The notes under the pieces are model-generated. The model searched no databases and was not told the origin of the DNA. It was given only the letters and a program-made list of their open reading frames with translations. Positions 51,720 through 64,000 of a DNA stretch of 64,000 bases are shown piece by piece (position 1 is the first letter of the stretch; every line of letters begins with the position of its first letter). Origin of the DNA: Camelus ferus (taxonomy: Eukaryota); assembly GCF_009834535.1 (NCBI RefSeq), contig NC_045696.1:76386001-76450000 (forward strand), in the 5' to 3' direction. The position numbers and the translations under genes are program-made.

Positions 51720-54400
51720 AAAGGGCTATCAGAAAAAAACCTTCACCACTTTGTCTCAGGTCTATATCAAATCTCTTGGCATAATCTAGTCTGCAGGAAC
51801 CATGACCCCACAAGAGATCAAACTGCTTCACTGAATGATGTTTGATGAACAATAGTAGCATAGACTACGTTAGATGCCCAAAAAATATGCTTATCAAAGG
51901 GTAGAAGTAAAAACCCATGAAACCTAGAAGACAGCCACCTAGATGAGGTTTCTAGGAGTCCAATATTCTGGATCATACCAGGGTAGTCCTTCAAAGTGAA
52001 AGGCAAGGTGTACCTTGCACCAACTGTAACCATGAACAGTTTTCCCCACTTGGTGGGCCTCTGTAGTTTGGAGACAATGTATGGCATATTTGACTGTGCT
52101 GCTCTGATCAATTCAGTGTATAAACCACAATGTGGCCAGATTTGAGAGGCCAAGTAAAAGAAAGCTCTACAGCTAGTCCAGGATGTGGACTGGTAGACTA
52201 ACCCAGCACAAGCTCCACTGCTGCATGGGCCTTACAACCAGCAGGTCTAGTAGAACTTGATGTTTCTCCAGTAAATAAGGATACTGTACAGAGCCCAGGG
52301 CAAACCCCAAAAAGGTGACCATGGTGCATACCTGAGGGCTTGAAGTAAAGTGGTGCCCTCTCTTCCAGATGGCTGTTCTCCTTTTGAGAAACTGCTCCTG
52401 CCTTGCTATGTGACCTTACAGAGTATGAACCCCTGGCCCCATGGCTTGAGTTGCCCATAATTGACTGGGTGTTATCTGATTCATTAGGTCACAAAATTAA
52501 GTGTGCATAGCAACACTTCATCACCAAGGGGAAATGGTATGTGTAAAATTCGTCTCAAACTGATCCTGAGGGAACAATAAAGTCACATGCGCTGATGGTT
52601 CAGGCTTTTATGACACATTCTTCTGCTGCATTGCCATCCCTCCTTCAGCCAATGCTAGGTTTTATGGAGCTCTCCCTATGAACAAATGGCTGAGGAAGGG
52701 TCTGGTTTCCAGATGTTTTTTCTCAATATACTGGCAACTAGGAATAGAGCACCTCAGCCACAACCAGGAGTGTGCTAAACCAAAACTGGAAAGAACAACT
52801 GACACAACACTGTAAACTCACTATATTTCAATAAAAACATATAAACAAAAACCAAACCAAAACAAACAAACAACAACAAACAAAAAAACACTGAAGAAGG
52901 GAAATCCTCTCAGCAGGAAGAATTTTAACCAATATATCACAATGTCCACTTTGAGTAGACTGAGAAATGGCCCAGGATATGGACAGACCTACACGGCTTC
53001 ATGGGTATTGACTAATGGTTTGGCTGGATCATCAGAGATTTGGAAAGAAAGGATTGGAAGATAATCTGCAAAGCAGTATGTAGACAGCACAGAGCATGAG
53101 GATATGCATGAATGTTAAGTGTTATGTGAATGCTCATGAAAGCATATGCTGTAGACGGAGCTCTCAATAATTAGGAAGAAAAGCAAGCTTATTCAATATC
53201 TGTCAGTTTCTTTCTCCAAACACCCAGGTACTTGGAAATAGGTTCATGTACGCAAGACATGACAGCAGGAATGGAGGCTGCATATGGTCCCAACAACATG
53301 AAGTTCCCATCACCAATCGTGATCTGGCCACCAGTGACCTGGTGAGCAGTACCAAGTGCTCAAGCTAACAACAGCAGAAGCCAATAGTGGTTTCTGTTAT
53401 GGCACCAATTGGTGGCGAAGGGGACAAGTCAGCCACCAGCTACATCAGGCCCCTTCCATAATGGAGGGGCTACAATTGTCCTCACTGGAATAGGCACTTT
53501 CTCTAGATACTGACTTGTCTTCTCTTTATGCAATATTTCTGTGAACACACCATCCGTGAACTTATGGGTTGCCTTATTCATCTTTACAGCATCCCATACA
53601 AATTGCTTCAGACTAAGCAACTCATTTCATATGGAAAAAAAAAAAGTACAGCAGTAGGTTTGTGCCCGTGGTATCTGCTGGTCTTGCCACTCAAACCTAG
53701 AAGCAGTTGGCCTGAGAAAAAGGCAGCATGACCTCCTAGGGATTCAGTTATGGTTCTAGTTGAAAGAACACCTCATGAGGTGAACACTATCCTGCAGGAT
53801 GCAGTATATTCTTTAAACCAATGACCAAAACATGGTGCTTTTTCTTCCATAGCCAGAATCCATGGGTCTGGAAATAAAAAGATGAAAATGACAGTAGTTT
53901 CTCCGTTACCCTTAATAATCCACTTGCAGAAATTCTGCTTCCTATTCTCACAACTTTGTGTAATGGGCACATGTTAGAGAGCTTAGCTCCTAAAGGAAGG
54001 ATGACAATTTTTCTATTGAATTGGACGTTGAGGTTGCCATCTGACAGTCTGCGTTCCTCATGTCACTGAACCAGCAGACAAAGGAAGGAGTTACTGTACT
54101 TGGTTTGGGTGATCAATTCTGTGGACCTGCACTGGTTGCTACACAGTGCTGGCAGGAGAAACTAGATCCAGGAATGAGAGGACTCTCTTGGTCATTCATT
54201 ACGTCCAAAAAAGACAGGACTGAAAAAGAATTCAGACCCTTCAGAGCTTCAAGAATGAAGGTTTGGGTCACCTCACCAGGGAAAGAACACTGACCAGCTG
54301 AGTAAAGGGAAAGGGGCTGTAGAATGGGTGGTAGAAAAAGGAATTTATAAATATCATCTGTGGCTTTGTGACCAGTTCCAGAAATAAAGTAGCAGATATG
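51720..54400 (+). mobile_element. Decayed ERV-L internal region (pol RT/RNase H/integrase plus dUTPase remnant)
   Basis: Frame-shifted remnants resembling ERV-L Pol in order: FTVLPQGY (~51742), PSKVKDK (~51990), LVGLFGFWRQ (~52050), GKSSQ (~52900), GDQPA..IGPLP..VLTGIDT (~53420-53500), then dUTPase LNQQAKKGVTVL (ORF 54060 MSLNQQTKEGVTVL). Confidence 0.9.
52796..52888 (+). mobile_element. Short young L1 3' tail inside ERV-L pol
   Basis: actgacacaacactgtaaactcactatatttcaataaaa plus (CAAA)n-type tail; 23 nt identical to the copy at 20828-20850. Confidence 0.8.
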
Positions 54401-54731
54401 AAACTTTTCTTCCTCATTTGTTTTTATTCTTTTTTTTTCCTCCTAATTCCTTATTATTTTATATAAACACTGTTGGTGACAATTAAATTTACAATGTAAT
54501 AGTCTTTAAGGAAAAAAAGAAAAAGATAATTAACACTACTTGCAGATGGACAAGAAGAGCATTAGAGATTCGTGTCTCCATTTTGGGGAGCAGAAGGTGA
54601 AAGTGTATTTTCACAAGGGGAAGTTATAACTTGCTAGACAGAAGCAAGACGTTGGTATTACTGTAGTACAAAAGTTTTAAAATGGGTAGAAGAGTGTGTG
54701 TGGAAAAGGTAGCCGAGGGGCAGGGTGCAGA

Positions 54732-55387
54732 TGTGTGGTTGTTTATTCACTCTTGTCTCTCACCTTTCTCCTTCATGCTCTGGCTCTGGGGCTAGGGATA
54801 TGAGAACCACATTTCCCAGAATTTTTGGCCAGTTTGTTCCCCTTAGATTCTGCCAGTGAGAGGCACTATGGGGGAGACTGAAAGGGAGGGGAAGAGAAGA
54901 GATTTTTCCTGCCTGCATCAGCTGTCGGCATCTCTCCAGCATGAACAGACAGCAAAGACTCTTGCCCCTTCTGGCACTCCGGGACAGCCAGCCGTGCAGA
55001 ACCCCTCAGGTCTGGACACAGCCATGCTGCCCTCTCAGAAGCCCCAGCAGCCCAGAACTAGCCCTGCGGACCCCCTCAGAGGCTTGCGCCAGCTGAGCGG
55101 TGCCCTCGGTGGTCCGAGCGCAGCAGCACAGCACTGTCTCAGCCCACTCAGCACAGATCCGCCACGGCCTCTCCCGCACACTTCACTCTCCCTGCTGCTC
55201 TCTCCTCTCCACCTTTGTTGTCTGTTCTCCCAGCTCTAGTCGTGGTGGCTACTTCTGCTTTACTGACCTCTGGATTACCTCACCATCTTTTTCTTTCTTT
55301 CAGGCAATTAATCCTGCATATTGAATCCCCTCTGTTTAAAATACCTCGTGTGGTTTCTCTCTTCCTAACTGGACCCTGACAGATATT
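54732..55387 (+). mobile_element. 3' LTR of the ERV-L element (LTR33-like)
   Basis: Follows a purine-rich tract; ends cccctctgtttaaaatacctcgtgtggtttctctcttcctaactggaccctgacagata, typical of LTR33/LTR16-group ends. Confidence 0.75.
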
Positions 55388-58054
55388 AGCATATAAATTA
55401 AAAGTTGATAATAAAATATTTTTAAACACAAGCCAAAATTAAAATATGTAATTTTGATGCACACCTTTCATTATTCTGGGTTTTAAAAATCTTTAAGAAT
55501 TAAACCTCCTCCAGAACTCAACCTCTTTCTGTCCCTAGGTACTGTGGAACCTGTCTCCCTTGAGGTCACATAACTATACGTCAGTCTACTAAGTGGCATT
55601 TTGCCCAGCTTCTAGTCTTCTTCTCCCAAACACAGAAACAGGATACAGAGCCCTTCCTGGAGTGCTGAGAGCAGAGACTAAACACATTGTTTAGATGTGA
55701 CTGTCAGGAAGTCAAAACAATGATTTTTTTTTCAAAAATTGCTGTCTCAGCATGTGCCCATTACACAGAATGCTTTCCACTTCTCAGATCATGTGTTACA
55801 AAAACATAGTGAGCCACTTCCTGTCTTTCAGTGGAGGAGTCATATGGGTCAATCTTTAGACCAAAACGTGGACTTCCTAGTTCTATCTAATGTCATGCTG
55901 AGAATGAGGATTTAGGCAGACCTGTGTGCCAATGCTACTTGGAAGAGATTTTTCAAAGGACTGGCTCCTGAGAAAAACACTCTTCCCCGGGAATGTGGCA
56001 ACATTGACAGCCTTCCTAAAAGTTCTTTACAATGCAGGTGTTTTCAAAATAGAACAGTGAGCAGAACAATAATACCATGTTCTTTCTTTACCATTTATTT
56101 CTGTGACCCATCCCCAATCAGTATCTATACATAAGAACAGGACATAGCTCCCCATTTGGAGGCTTCTTTGTAAGCTGAAGTGAGAGAGTCTCCAGAATAA
56201 AGTGGGGGCTCCCACTACATGGATATTGGAATTCCTATTGTGGATAAACAAGCAGTTGCGAACATTTTAGAAATATGCTTATTCATCACTTATTCAGTTC
56301 GCCCCACAGAGGTGGAGATGGCAACTTTCCATTGCACTGGGAGACCAGGACTTTGGTTTAGTGTCATCCTTGCTTCTGCAGATGGGCAACAAGCCAGATA
56401 ATAAAATAGGCAAGATCAAGATATTATGATGTTCACACTGCATCACGGGCCTCCTCTTAGCATATTCCCAACAGGCTCCTATTTTAAAAGAGGCTCTGAC
56501 TCTTCTAATTTTAGTTGTTACTAGTTGTACAGTTTTAGTAATTGTCAGGATACAGGAAAAAGAGTGGAGGGGGAAAAAAGCAACCATTTTTAAATATTCT
56601 GCAGTGCAAAAAAGGGGACAGTGGCATCATTTTGAATTTGAACTGCTGCTTATTATAAGAACAGACATTTTGGCCACTGCCCTCCAGATGAGGTAGAAGA
56701 GGAAAGTTTTTTGGGGTTTTTTTGCATGAGAAAAGAGCCCAGGAATATCAAGAAAGGGTTCTGTTTCACCTTGGGGAGCTAGTTTTTTTAAAGGTACTTT
56801 ACCTAGATCTTCTTCTTCCTGCCCCAAACCAGAGGGACAGAATAAACTGCCCCACTGAAAGTAGAGATTTAAAGTTTGGGAGGATCAGAAGAATCACTGG
56901 AACCCAAGAGAAACAGCACCTCCTCCAAGGAGAAGTAGTTTCTCCTCCTCCATACTCCCACGTTCACATTTGTCATAATTATTTGCTTACACCTTTCTCT
57001 TTGCTGGGAGGCAGGAAACGTGTCTATTGGTCTTGGTGTATGCCCAGCATTAGCCAGTGCCTGGCACAAGAGGGTTCAAAGAATTCTGATGGAGTAATGA
57101 TTGAACAAAGTAGGCAGGCTTGGAAAATAGGTCTTAAACTAACCTCATTAATGAACCTGCCTAGACATTCAGAATGAAATTGTTGGCAGAGATTGTTTCA
57201 GAGCGTTGTCAAAGCACATTATCTAAAGTTTCAGGATTTTAGCAATAAGATGAGGAATGATAAGGAATCCGGAGGCCCCAGGTCAGGAACACAATGAAGG
57301 AAGGTAACATAGAGGGAAAGGCTTCCTGCTGACTTGATGTGTCCTGTAGCCCCAAATATCTTACCTCTGAAAGTCATCTCTCATCTCCCTCCCTTTGAGC
57401 CTTAGGATGTCACCTCCTAAGATCACCTCAAGTGCATGATTATACGCGCACACCCATGTGTACAAGATATAATGTCTTCCCTATCAAGAAGTCAGCCTTA
57501 TGGCAATAAGAAATGTTTCTTAAAGTATTACCATCAAAAACAAACAAACAAAAAAAACGCAGGCAGCAAACAGTGAGAAAAAAATGTTGAATAAGTGAAG
57601 TCCTGAAACAACACTCATGCAAAACAATCGACTATCTGTCATCTAGAAAGAATGAAATGCCCTTCTGTTTTTCCAGATATGAGGAGTGCTATCATTGACA
57701 GGCTGGAGGCAGCTCTCCTGTACTGTTCCCCTCAGAGCCTCTGGATACTAACTGGATCTGGAAATTAGGACCCCAGTGAATAGAGGGAGACTGCAGTGCC
57801 ACCTGAACACTAGAGATCACTCTAAATTATGTTCCCTTTTCTCAGGACAGGCATCTGATTTGGTTCTGATCATATTCTTGCCAGTTTCCCCCTCAGGCAC
57901 TGGAGTTCTGTGCCTATCTCAGACAGATGATTAGAGCCTTCTGAGATGGAAATCAGGTTGACTGACATCAAAGTACCATCCTCTTTGGATTCCCTAGTCT
58001 TTAATCCTGTTTCCTGTACCTGTCAAAGATAATGCGCAGAAAGAAACCAAGAGA

Positions 58055-59030
58055 ACTAACTCACTTATGAACTGCAGATTTTAAAAAGCCTAAATAAAAT
58101 AGTAGCCAATCAAATCCAGCACTGAACTGAAAGGATCCACAAATGATGGGGACCTTAATAAAGAAGGGATCAGACTGCAACACACGAAACCACTGATCAA
58201 TCTTGACGTGACTGAAAGTAGAATAGATTGCACGTGACTCCTAACGTGGTACAAAATCAAGGATACAGCACCACCTCTGTCATATCCTTGCTTAAAATTT
58301 GAACTTTAGTTTAATCAAGCCTCTACGTCTAACTACCAGTTATAGAAATGCAGAGAAAAGGAGACTGTTTACAACCACAAGGATGTAATCAATCAAATCT
58401 CTAATGCAATAGATTCAACTAATGACCCCACTTCTTCAAAAAAGCATGAAAAAAAGAAAAAGAAAGGGAGGACTCTTGTTGATTAAGAGACTTCTTAAAC
58501 TAACAATTCAAAAAACCCCAATATTTGTGGCAACTGGAGAAAATTGCACTTGGATAGGTTATTAGACGACTCTACAAAATTAGCATTAATTGGTACTTTT
58601 GTTAGATGTCATAATGGTATTGTTCTTGTTAGGGCCACATTAAAGTCGTTATGGGTAAAATAGCAGACTGTCCTAGAATTTGCTTTAAAACATTCCACCA
58701 AAAAGGAGAGGAGTGAGGAGCTGAAACAAGAATGTTGATAATTATGCAATTTGGGTGTAGGTTCTATGAAGATTCATTATGTTATTCCCTACACTTTATA
58801 GTTATTTGAAAATTTCCGTAACTAAAATGAAATAAAAATAAGCACCATGACCAAATAAGGGGATTTCCAGAAATGCAGAAGATGATTTAAAATTAAAAAT
58901 ACTTCACCACACAGCAAAAAGTTAACAGAGAAAAATCACTTAAGTAACTTAACACATGCTAAAAAGGCCTTTGAAAAAGTCAATGTGTTGTCCTGATTTT
59001 AATAACAAAAATACTGGAAACAACAACAGA
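58055..59030 (+). mobile_element. Old L1 ORF2 fragment split by an L1MC/ME-type 3' UTR insertion (~58140-58840)
   Basis: SLMN..K.LNKI.ANQIQ-like text at ~58060-58135 continues as HHDQ..GF..MQ-like text at ~58843. Confidence 0.65.
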
Positions 59031-61157
59031 GGACTTGGTAAAAGCATTAAGCTATCTCCACCTGATAAAATATCACACATTTGTTTAAAATGATACTGTG
59101 AGAAAACTATGACAAAGAAATATGCTTCTGATATACTCAAGCAAAAAAAAAAAAAAAATCCCCAGAAGATTAACATACTGATTTTATTTTATATTAACAT
59201 ATATACCAAAATGTGAAGAGTGGCCAAATGTAGGTTTGGATTTGGTTTTGTTTGTGGTTTCCATTTTCTTCTTTGTACTTATCTGTATTTTCCAGAAGGT
59301 CTACAGATAACACAAAATTGTGTTTTAATAAGGGGAAAACACACAATGTTATTTTAATTTTTTAATCTGAAATTCTTGTGGTCATTTCTTCAGTTAGAAA
59401 TACACCTAAATGAACTCTGATCTTCCTAACATTTCTCCATTTTGCCCAAAAGAATATCTTAAGAGACTTGTCAAAATGCCTTGCTAGAAAGAATTAAAAT
59501 CTATAGTGTTTGCAGTGTTCCCAGTGTAATAATGTTACTGGAATAAAAATTAGAGGCCCTATTGAAAAACAGTGCTCCTATTAAACATCTTGAACTACTA
59601 TGAAATTAGTAGGTTATATCAATTATATCTTTAAATAATTCCTATTTTACAATTCTGCATGCAAATGACACAAAATTTGAGACAAACACAAAAGTAAAAT
59701 CAGTTTTTAAAAGGCAAGAGATTCAGAAATTTATTTTTTCATTTGCATCATGATGTTACAAAGAACAAGAAACTATATAGTGCATTTTAGAATGATTTGT
59801 ACCCAAAGTGAATTGAATCATTAAAATTTAAGTAAGAGGGATGTCTTCAGTTATCGCACACACACACAAATTTATTACTTCATAAGACACTACTTTGCTG
59901 CAAGAGTATGAGAGATAAACCCATGATTTTCTTAACCAAACAATAAATGAATTATTAGGAAACAGAATTAAGCTTTGTCATGAACTATGTTGCTAAAAAT
60001 CTAATTGTTTTATTACCATATACTGATAGTTCTGAAGAACTGAAAAGACAAAAAAAAAAAAAGGAAACTAAAAGGAAATCAAGTATCATCCTAAATTTCA
60101 TGTTTTCTTAAATTCTTTCATTGAGCCTCATACTTCAGTTCCATTTGTAAATCAGACTGAGCTTCTCTCTATGGGTGGATTTGGTTTATTTTCAACCTAA
60201 TTATTAAATTTTGCACGGTTGATATAAATTTGCTTATAAAAGGGCATTCCCTAAGAAAAGTTAAAGTTTTATAACTAACTTTTAAAAATAAGATCCAGAG
60301 ATATTATTGAGCTGAAGGAACAATAAACAGGGTACTCTCATTCAAATAACTTCTCCACTTTGCCCCAAGACTACTGTGACTTCAGAGGGAGCTTGTATTA
60401 ATGAAGGTCAGGTAGACTACATATTAAATAAGTATTTAGTAGTAAATAAGAATATTATTTACCATTGACTATTGACCTTCCTCCCATATTTAGTTTTTTG
60501 CATCCCTGAAAATACAAAACTCTCTTTAAAATGCTCATTTTCCAAATGACCAGGATAGACGTGACATGAGATAACCCTTCACTGGTACGGCCTGACAGCT
60601 GTATGATACTGTTTTGAACTTTTCCTCTAATAATAGAAATACACTGGTCTAAGTTCTCATATAATCTAACTTAAACATATCTAATTTCTGCATAAATTGT
60701 TGACGAATAGGTTTTACTCTATATTTTCTCATCCTTCTGACATAGGTTCCAAACCACTGACTAGAGAAATGTATAATACTGAAAGTAAAAATTTATAATA
60801 CTGAAAGTTTCAGCTTGAGACAAGTTTTGAAATACCATAAGATTTATATTAATAATAGTATCATTTATTCATTTAATTCCAGTGAATTCAAGAGCTACAT
60901 GATGTATCAAAGCATATAACAAATTGCCACTTTTTTCAGTATTCTTATAAAATTTTTGATATATGTTATATTGGCCTGCAAACATACAATTTTAGAAACT
61001 GAGAGAAAAGCAGATGATTTAGCCTACTCCTTTTACTTATTGTTATAAATTCTAAAGTAAAGTTGGAAATGCTAGTCTATGATAGGATGTTACAAAACAT
61101 TACTCTTTAAGGTTGAAGTTTTTGTTTCCTCCCAATCTAACAGAGAAAAAGAAAATG

Positions 61158-61158
<1 letters not shown>

Positions 61159-61204
<46 letters not shown>
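61159..61204 (+). repeat. (AC)23 microsatellite
   Basis: Perfect dinucleotide run. Confidence 0.95.
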
Positions 61205-61208
<4 letters not shown>

Positions 61209-61509
61209 CAGTGAACAGAAGCCAGTATTAACATCAATAAATCCTTTTGGAGTGGAATAATTTTATTCATTACCAAGTTGTGCACATTTAATTTCTATTC
61301 ACAAAACTGGAGATAAATACTTCTTTTCATTGGGCACTAGCCTTTGTGAGGATTTGTCCAGAATCTATAGTTCTAGCCATGCTCTCTCTTTCCTGAGCTC
61401 CAGATCCGTATTTCTACCTGCCTCCTAGTCAGCGCCATCTGGACAACTCACAGGTTGTATACAAACCTGGAACTCATTTTCCCCACCCCACATCCAACCT
61501 ACTTTGATG

Positions 61510-61638
61510 ATTTAAAGTATATAGAAGGATATGCCATTTTACAGAAGAGACTTGAGCATCCATAGATTTTGGTACCCACAGGAAACAGGGTGGTGAAACT
61601 TGGAACTAATCCCCACCAGATGCCTAGGGCTGAATGTA
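61510..61638. mobile_element. MER2/Tigger3-like 3' fragment
   Basis: gacttgagcatccatagattttggtacc...ggaactaatccccaccagatgcctaggg. Confidence 0.7.
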
Positions 61639-61639
61639 A

Positions 61640-63650
61640 CTGAATTTGTCCTCCCTCCTGAAACAGATAAACATTTCTTCATATGAACAATGGTTCACAA
61701 AACCTTGGTCATCAGGCAACAAAGGACAGTGTTCCCTTAAAGATGGTAAACAAATAAGGTTAGTTTGGCGATGGCCTCAGTTTTGTGCCTAGAAAAAATG
61801 TTTAGGCTTTGCCCTGGGGATGGGTGAGGGAGGACCAAGAGGAGCCTGACTGTCTCCCTGAGTCGAGGAGACAGAAGTGTGAAGGTGGGGAAGCTGAAGC
61901 AGCTAGAACCCACAGGGCAGATTACCAGAGGGAAAAGCTGGACACCTGCGGGGTGGAACCCCTGGTGTTCAAGCTGAATTCTGATCATTACACTCAGGTA
62001 GGAAAACCACCCGAGGCCAAGCTAAAAACACAAAACAAAACTGAAAATATTAAAAGGAATAATGCCCTATACTCAGGTGGACTGAAAACATTGCCTGTTC
62101 CCTTTAGCCAAATTAGAAAAATCTCAAAATTCATGGGGGACGTTAGTGAGAACACTCAAAATGGGGACTTGGCCTACACAGTGGGGAAAACTAGTCCTAG
62201 ACTAAACATTGCTTTGGTCCTTCTTAACAAAGTTTTAAAGCCAGTCACAAAAGAAGCTACTGTTTCTAAGGAATTTAGGCACAACTCAGAACAAAACTCA
62301 AGAATATTTATAGAAATATAAAAATATACAACAGGTAAAAATCACAAGTCTGGTATCAAACCAAAAGTTACAAAGCAAGAAAAGAAGCAGAAAATATGAC
62401 CCATGAAGCCTAGAAAAATCAATTGACCAACAATTCATATAAATGATATACTTGGTCGATAAGGACATTAAAACAGTTATTGTAGCTGTATTCTATGTAT
62501 TTAAGAAGCTAGAGGAAAGATTAAACACATTAACTAGAGACATGGAATATATAAAGACTCAAATTAAATTTCCAAAGATGAAAATTACAATATCTGAGAT
62601 GAAAAATACACTAGATGGAATTAATGGCAGATCACACATCACAGAGGAAAACATTACTGAATTTGAATACATAACAACAGAAACTCTCCAAAGTTAAACA
62701 CAATGAGATAAAAAGTCTGACAAATAAAATAAAAAGAGCTTCAGTGAGCTATGGGACAACTTTAAGAGCACCAATATACATATAATTGGAATTCCCAAAG
62801 GAAAGGGAAAGAGGCAAAAAGTTGAAGTAGTAATGGTTAAATTTTTTTCAAATTTGATAAAACTATTAATTCACAGATTCAAAACCTGAAAAAACTCAAG
62901 TACAGACACATGAATAAAACTATATCAAAGCATATCATAAGGAAATTACATAAAACCAGTGATTATTAGGAAATCATAAAAGCAACCAGAGACAAAAGAC
63001 ACATTACATGCAGAAGAACAAATAGATACATGTATGAAAGTAGATTTCTTGTTGAAAAGAACACAATCTAGAACATCTGGGGTATCATCTTGAAAGGACT
63101 GAAAGAAAACAACTGTCATCCTAGAATACTTTGCCAGTGAAAATATCTTTCAAAAATGAAGGCAACATAAGGGCTTCTTCAAACATAAAACAGCTTTATC
63201 ATCAACAGACATTCACTACAATAAATGTTTTAAAAAGGTATATGCAAATCTGTGTCTACATAAAGGAATGAAGAGCACCAGAAATGGAAAATACACTGGC
63301 AAATATGAAAAAATGTGTTATATTTTTAAAGTATCATCAAAAGACAACTGATTGTTTAAAGCAAAAATAATAACCATGTGGGTACACAACATATGGAGAC
63401 CTTAAAAGTAGGACATCAAAGCACAAAGCCTGGGAAGGAAGAAATGAAGGTACAGTGTAGCAAGGCTGGTATACTACATGTGAAATGGAATCGTATCACT
63501 TGAAGGTAGACGGTGATAAATTAAAGATGTAGACTACAAATAATAAAGAAACCACTTAAATAACGTAACATAGAGATACAGCTGATATGGTAATAAAGGA
63601 GATAAAACTGTCATAAGAAATAATTAATTCAAAGAAGGCAGTTAAAAAGT
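61640..63650 (+). mobile_element. Old L1 5' region, ORF1 remnant and inter-ORF sequence
   Basis: ORF 62443-62697 (DKDIKT..KKLEE..EMKNTLDGINGR..EENITEFE) resembles the L1 ORF1 coiled coil; downstream ELWDN..N...IGIP and RILCQ.KISFKNEG remnants. Confidence 0.85.
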
Positions 63651-64000
63651 GAACCAAGAACAGATAACAGTGGGTTTCAAGTTTTATTAATTTTTTTTTT
63701 CTTGGCAAAACATCTTTTATATACAGAACCTTACGGTTAAGCTGAATACAATAAACAGATACAAGGAAGAGCACTGTGGTTCAAGCGAGAGTGGGAGAGC
63801 CTGGACTCCTCCCTACCTGCCTCAGTGGTTCCCAAGGCGGGGGGCGGGAGGGGGGGGCCGGTAGTGTTCCACAGCAGATTTCTGTGACCTGCTCCCACCC
63901 TAGAAGTCCTCCTTTCCCAGATGGAGAGCTGAGGACAAAAGGACTAAGTGACACACACAAAAGTGACCCTAAATTTTCTGACTCACAATTATCTCCACCA

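Noticed and set aside
60773..60808. Direct repeat tataatactgaaagt x2
   Set aside because: Two copies only; a simple local duplication, not an array
61428..61450. CTCF-like CCAGATGGCGCT on the minus strand
   Set aside because: The 5' CCA part of the consensus mismatches and it lies in L2-like sequence
61809..62697. 170-aa and 84-aa ORFs as genes
   Set aside because: They lie in an old L1 5'/ORF1 region whose remaining frame is broken
1..64000. CRISPR array, operon, NUMT, non-retroviral viral insertion, known miRNA hairpin or processed pseudogene
   Set aside because: I saw no regularly spaced repeats, gene-dense segment, mitochondrial or viral protein motif, or recognisable mature miRNA by eye; blastx/Rfam searches would be needed to exclude faint cases

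Overview
Mammalian, AT-rich, repeat-dense genomic DNA. It is most likely camelid (alpaca/llama/camel), inferred from tRNA-Ala-derived Vic-1-type SINEs and the young L1 3' ends. I cannot support any host protein-coding gene. The only ORFs I recognise are transposon remnants: L1 ORF2 (6004-6210, 15220-15774, ~58060-59030), L1 ORF1 (62443-62697) and a decayed ERV-L pol (RT-RNaseH-IN-dUTPase, ~51720-54400) with its 3' LTR. The window holds layered L2, MIR, MLT1/MLT2, hAT/Tigger MITEs, old and young L1s, SINEs and a solo LTR, many nested with readable target-site duplications (TSDs). It also has an orphan CpG island at ~23.9-24.8 kb and several repeat-poor blocks with clustered transcription-factor motifs, consistent with an intergenic/intronic enhancer or lncRNA landscape. 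I found no convincing novel biological system. The best leads are the orphan CpG island, a candidate L1 3' transduction, a TSD-bounded solo LTR of uncertain family, and NF-kB and PBX/HOX/MEIS motif clusters. Repeat family names come from recalled consensus similarity, not a database search, and boundaries of old repeats are approximate.
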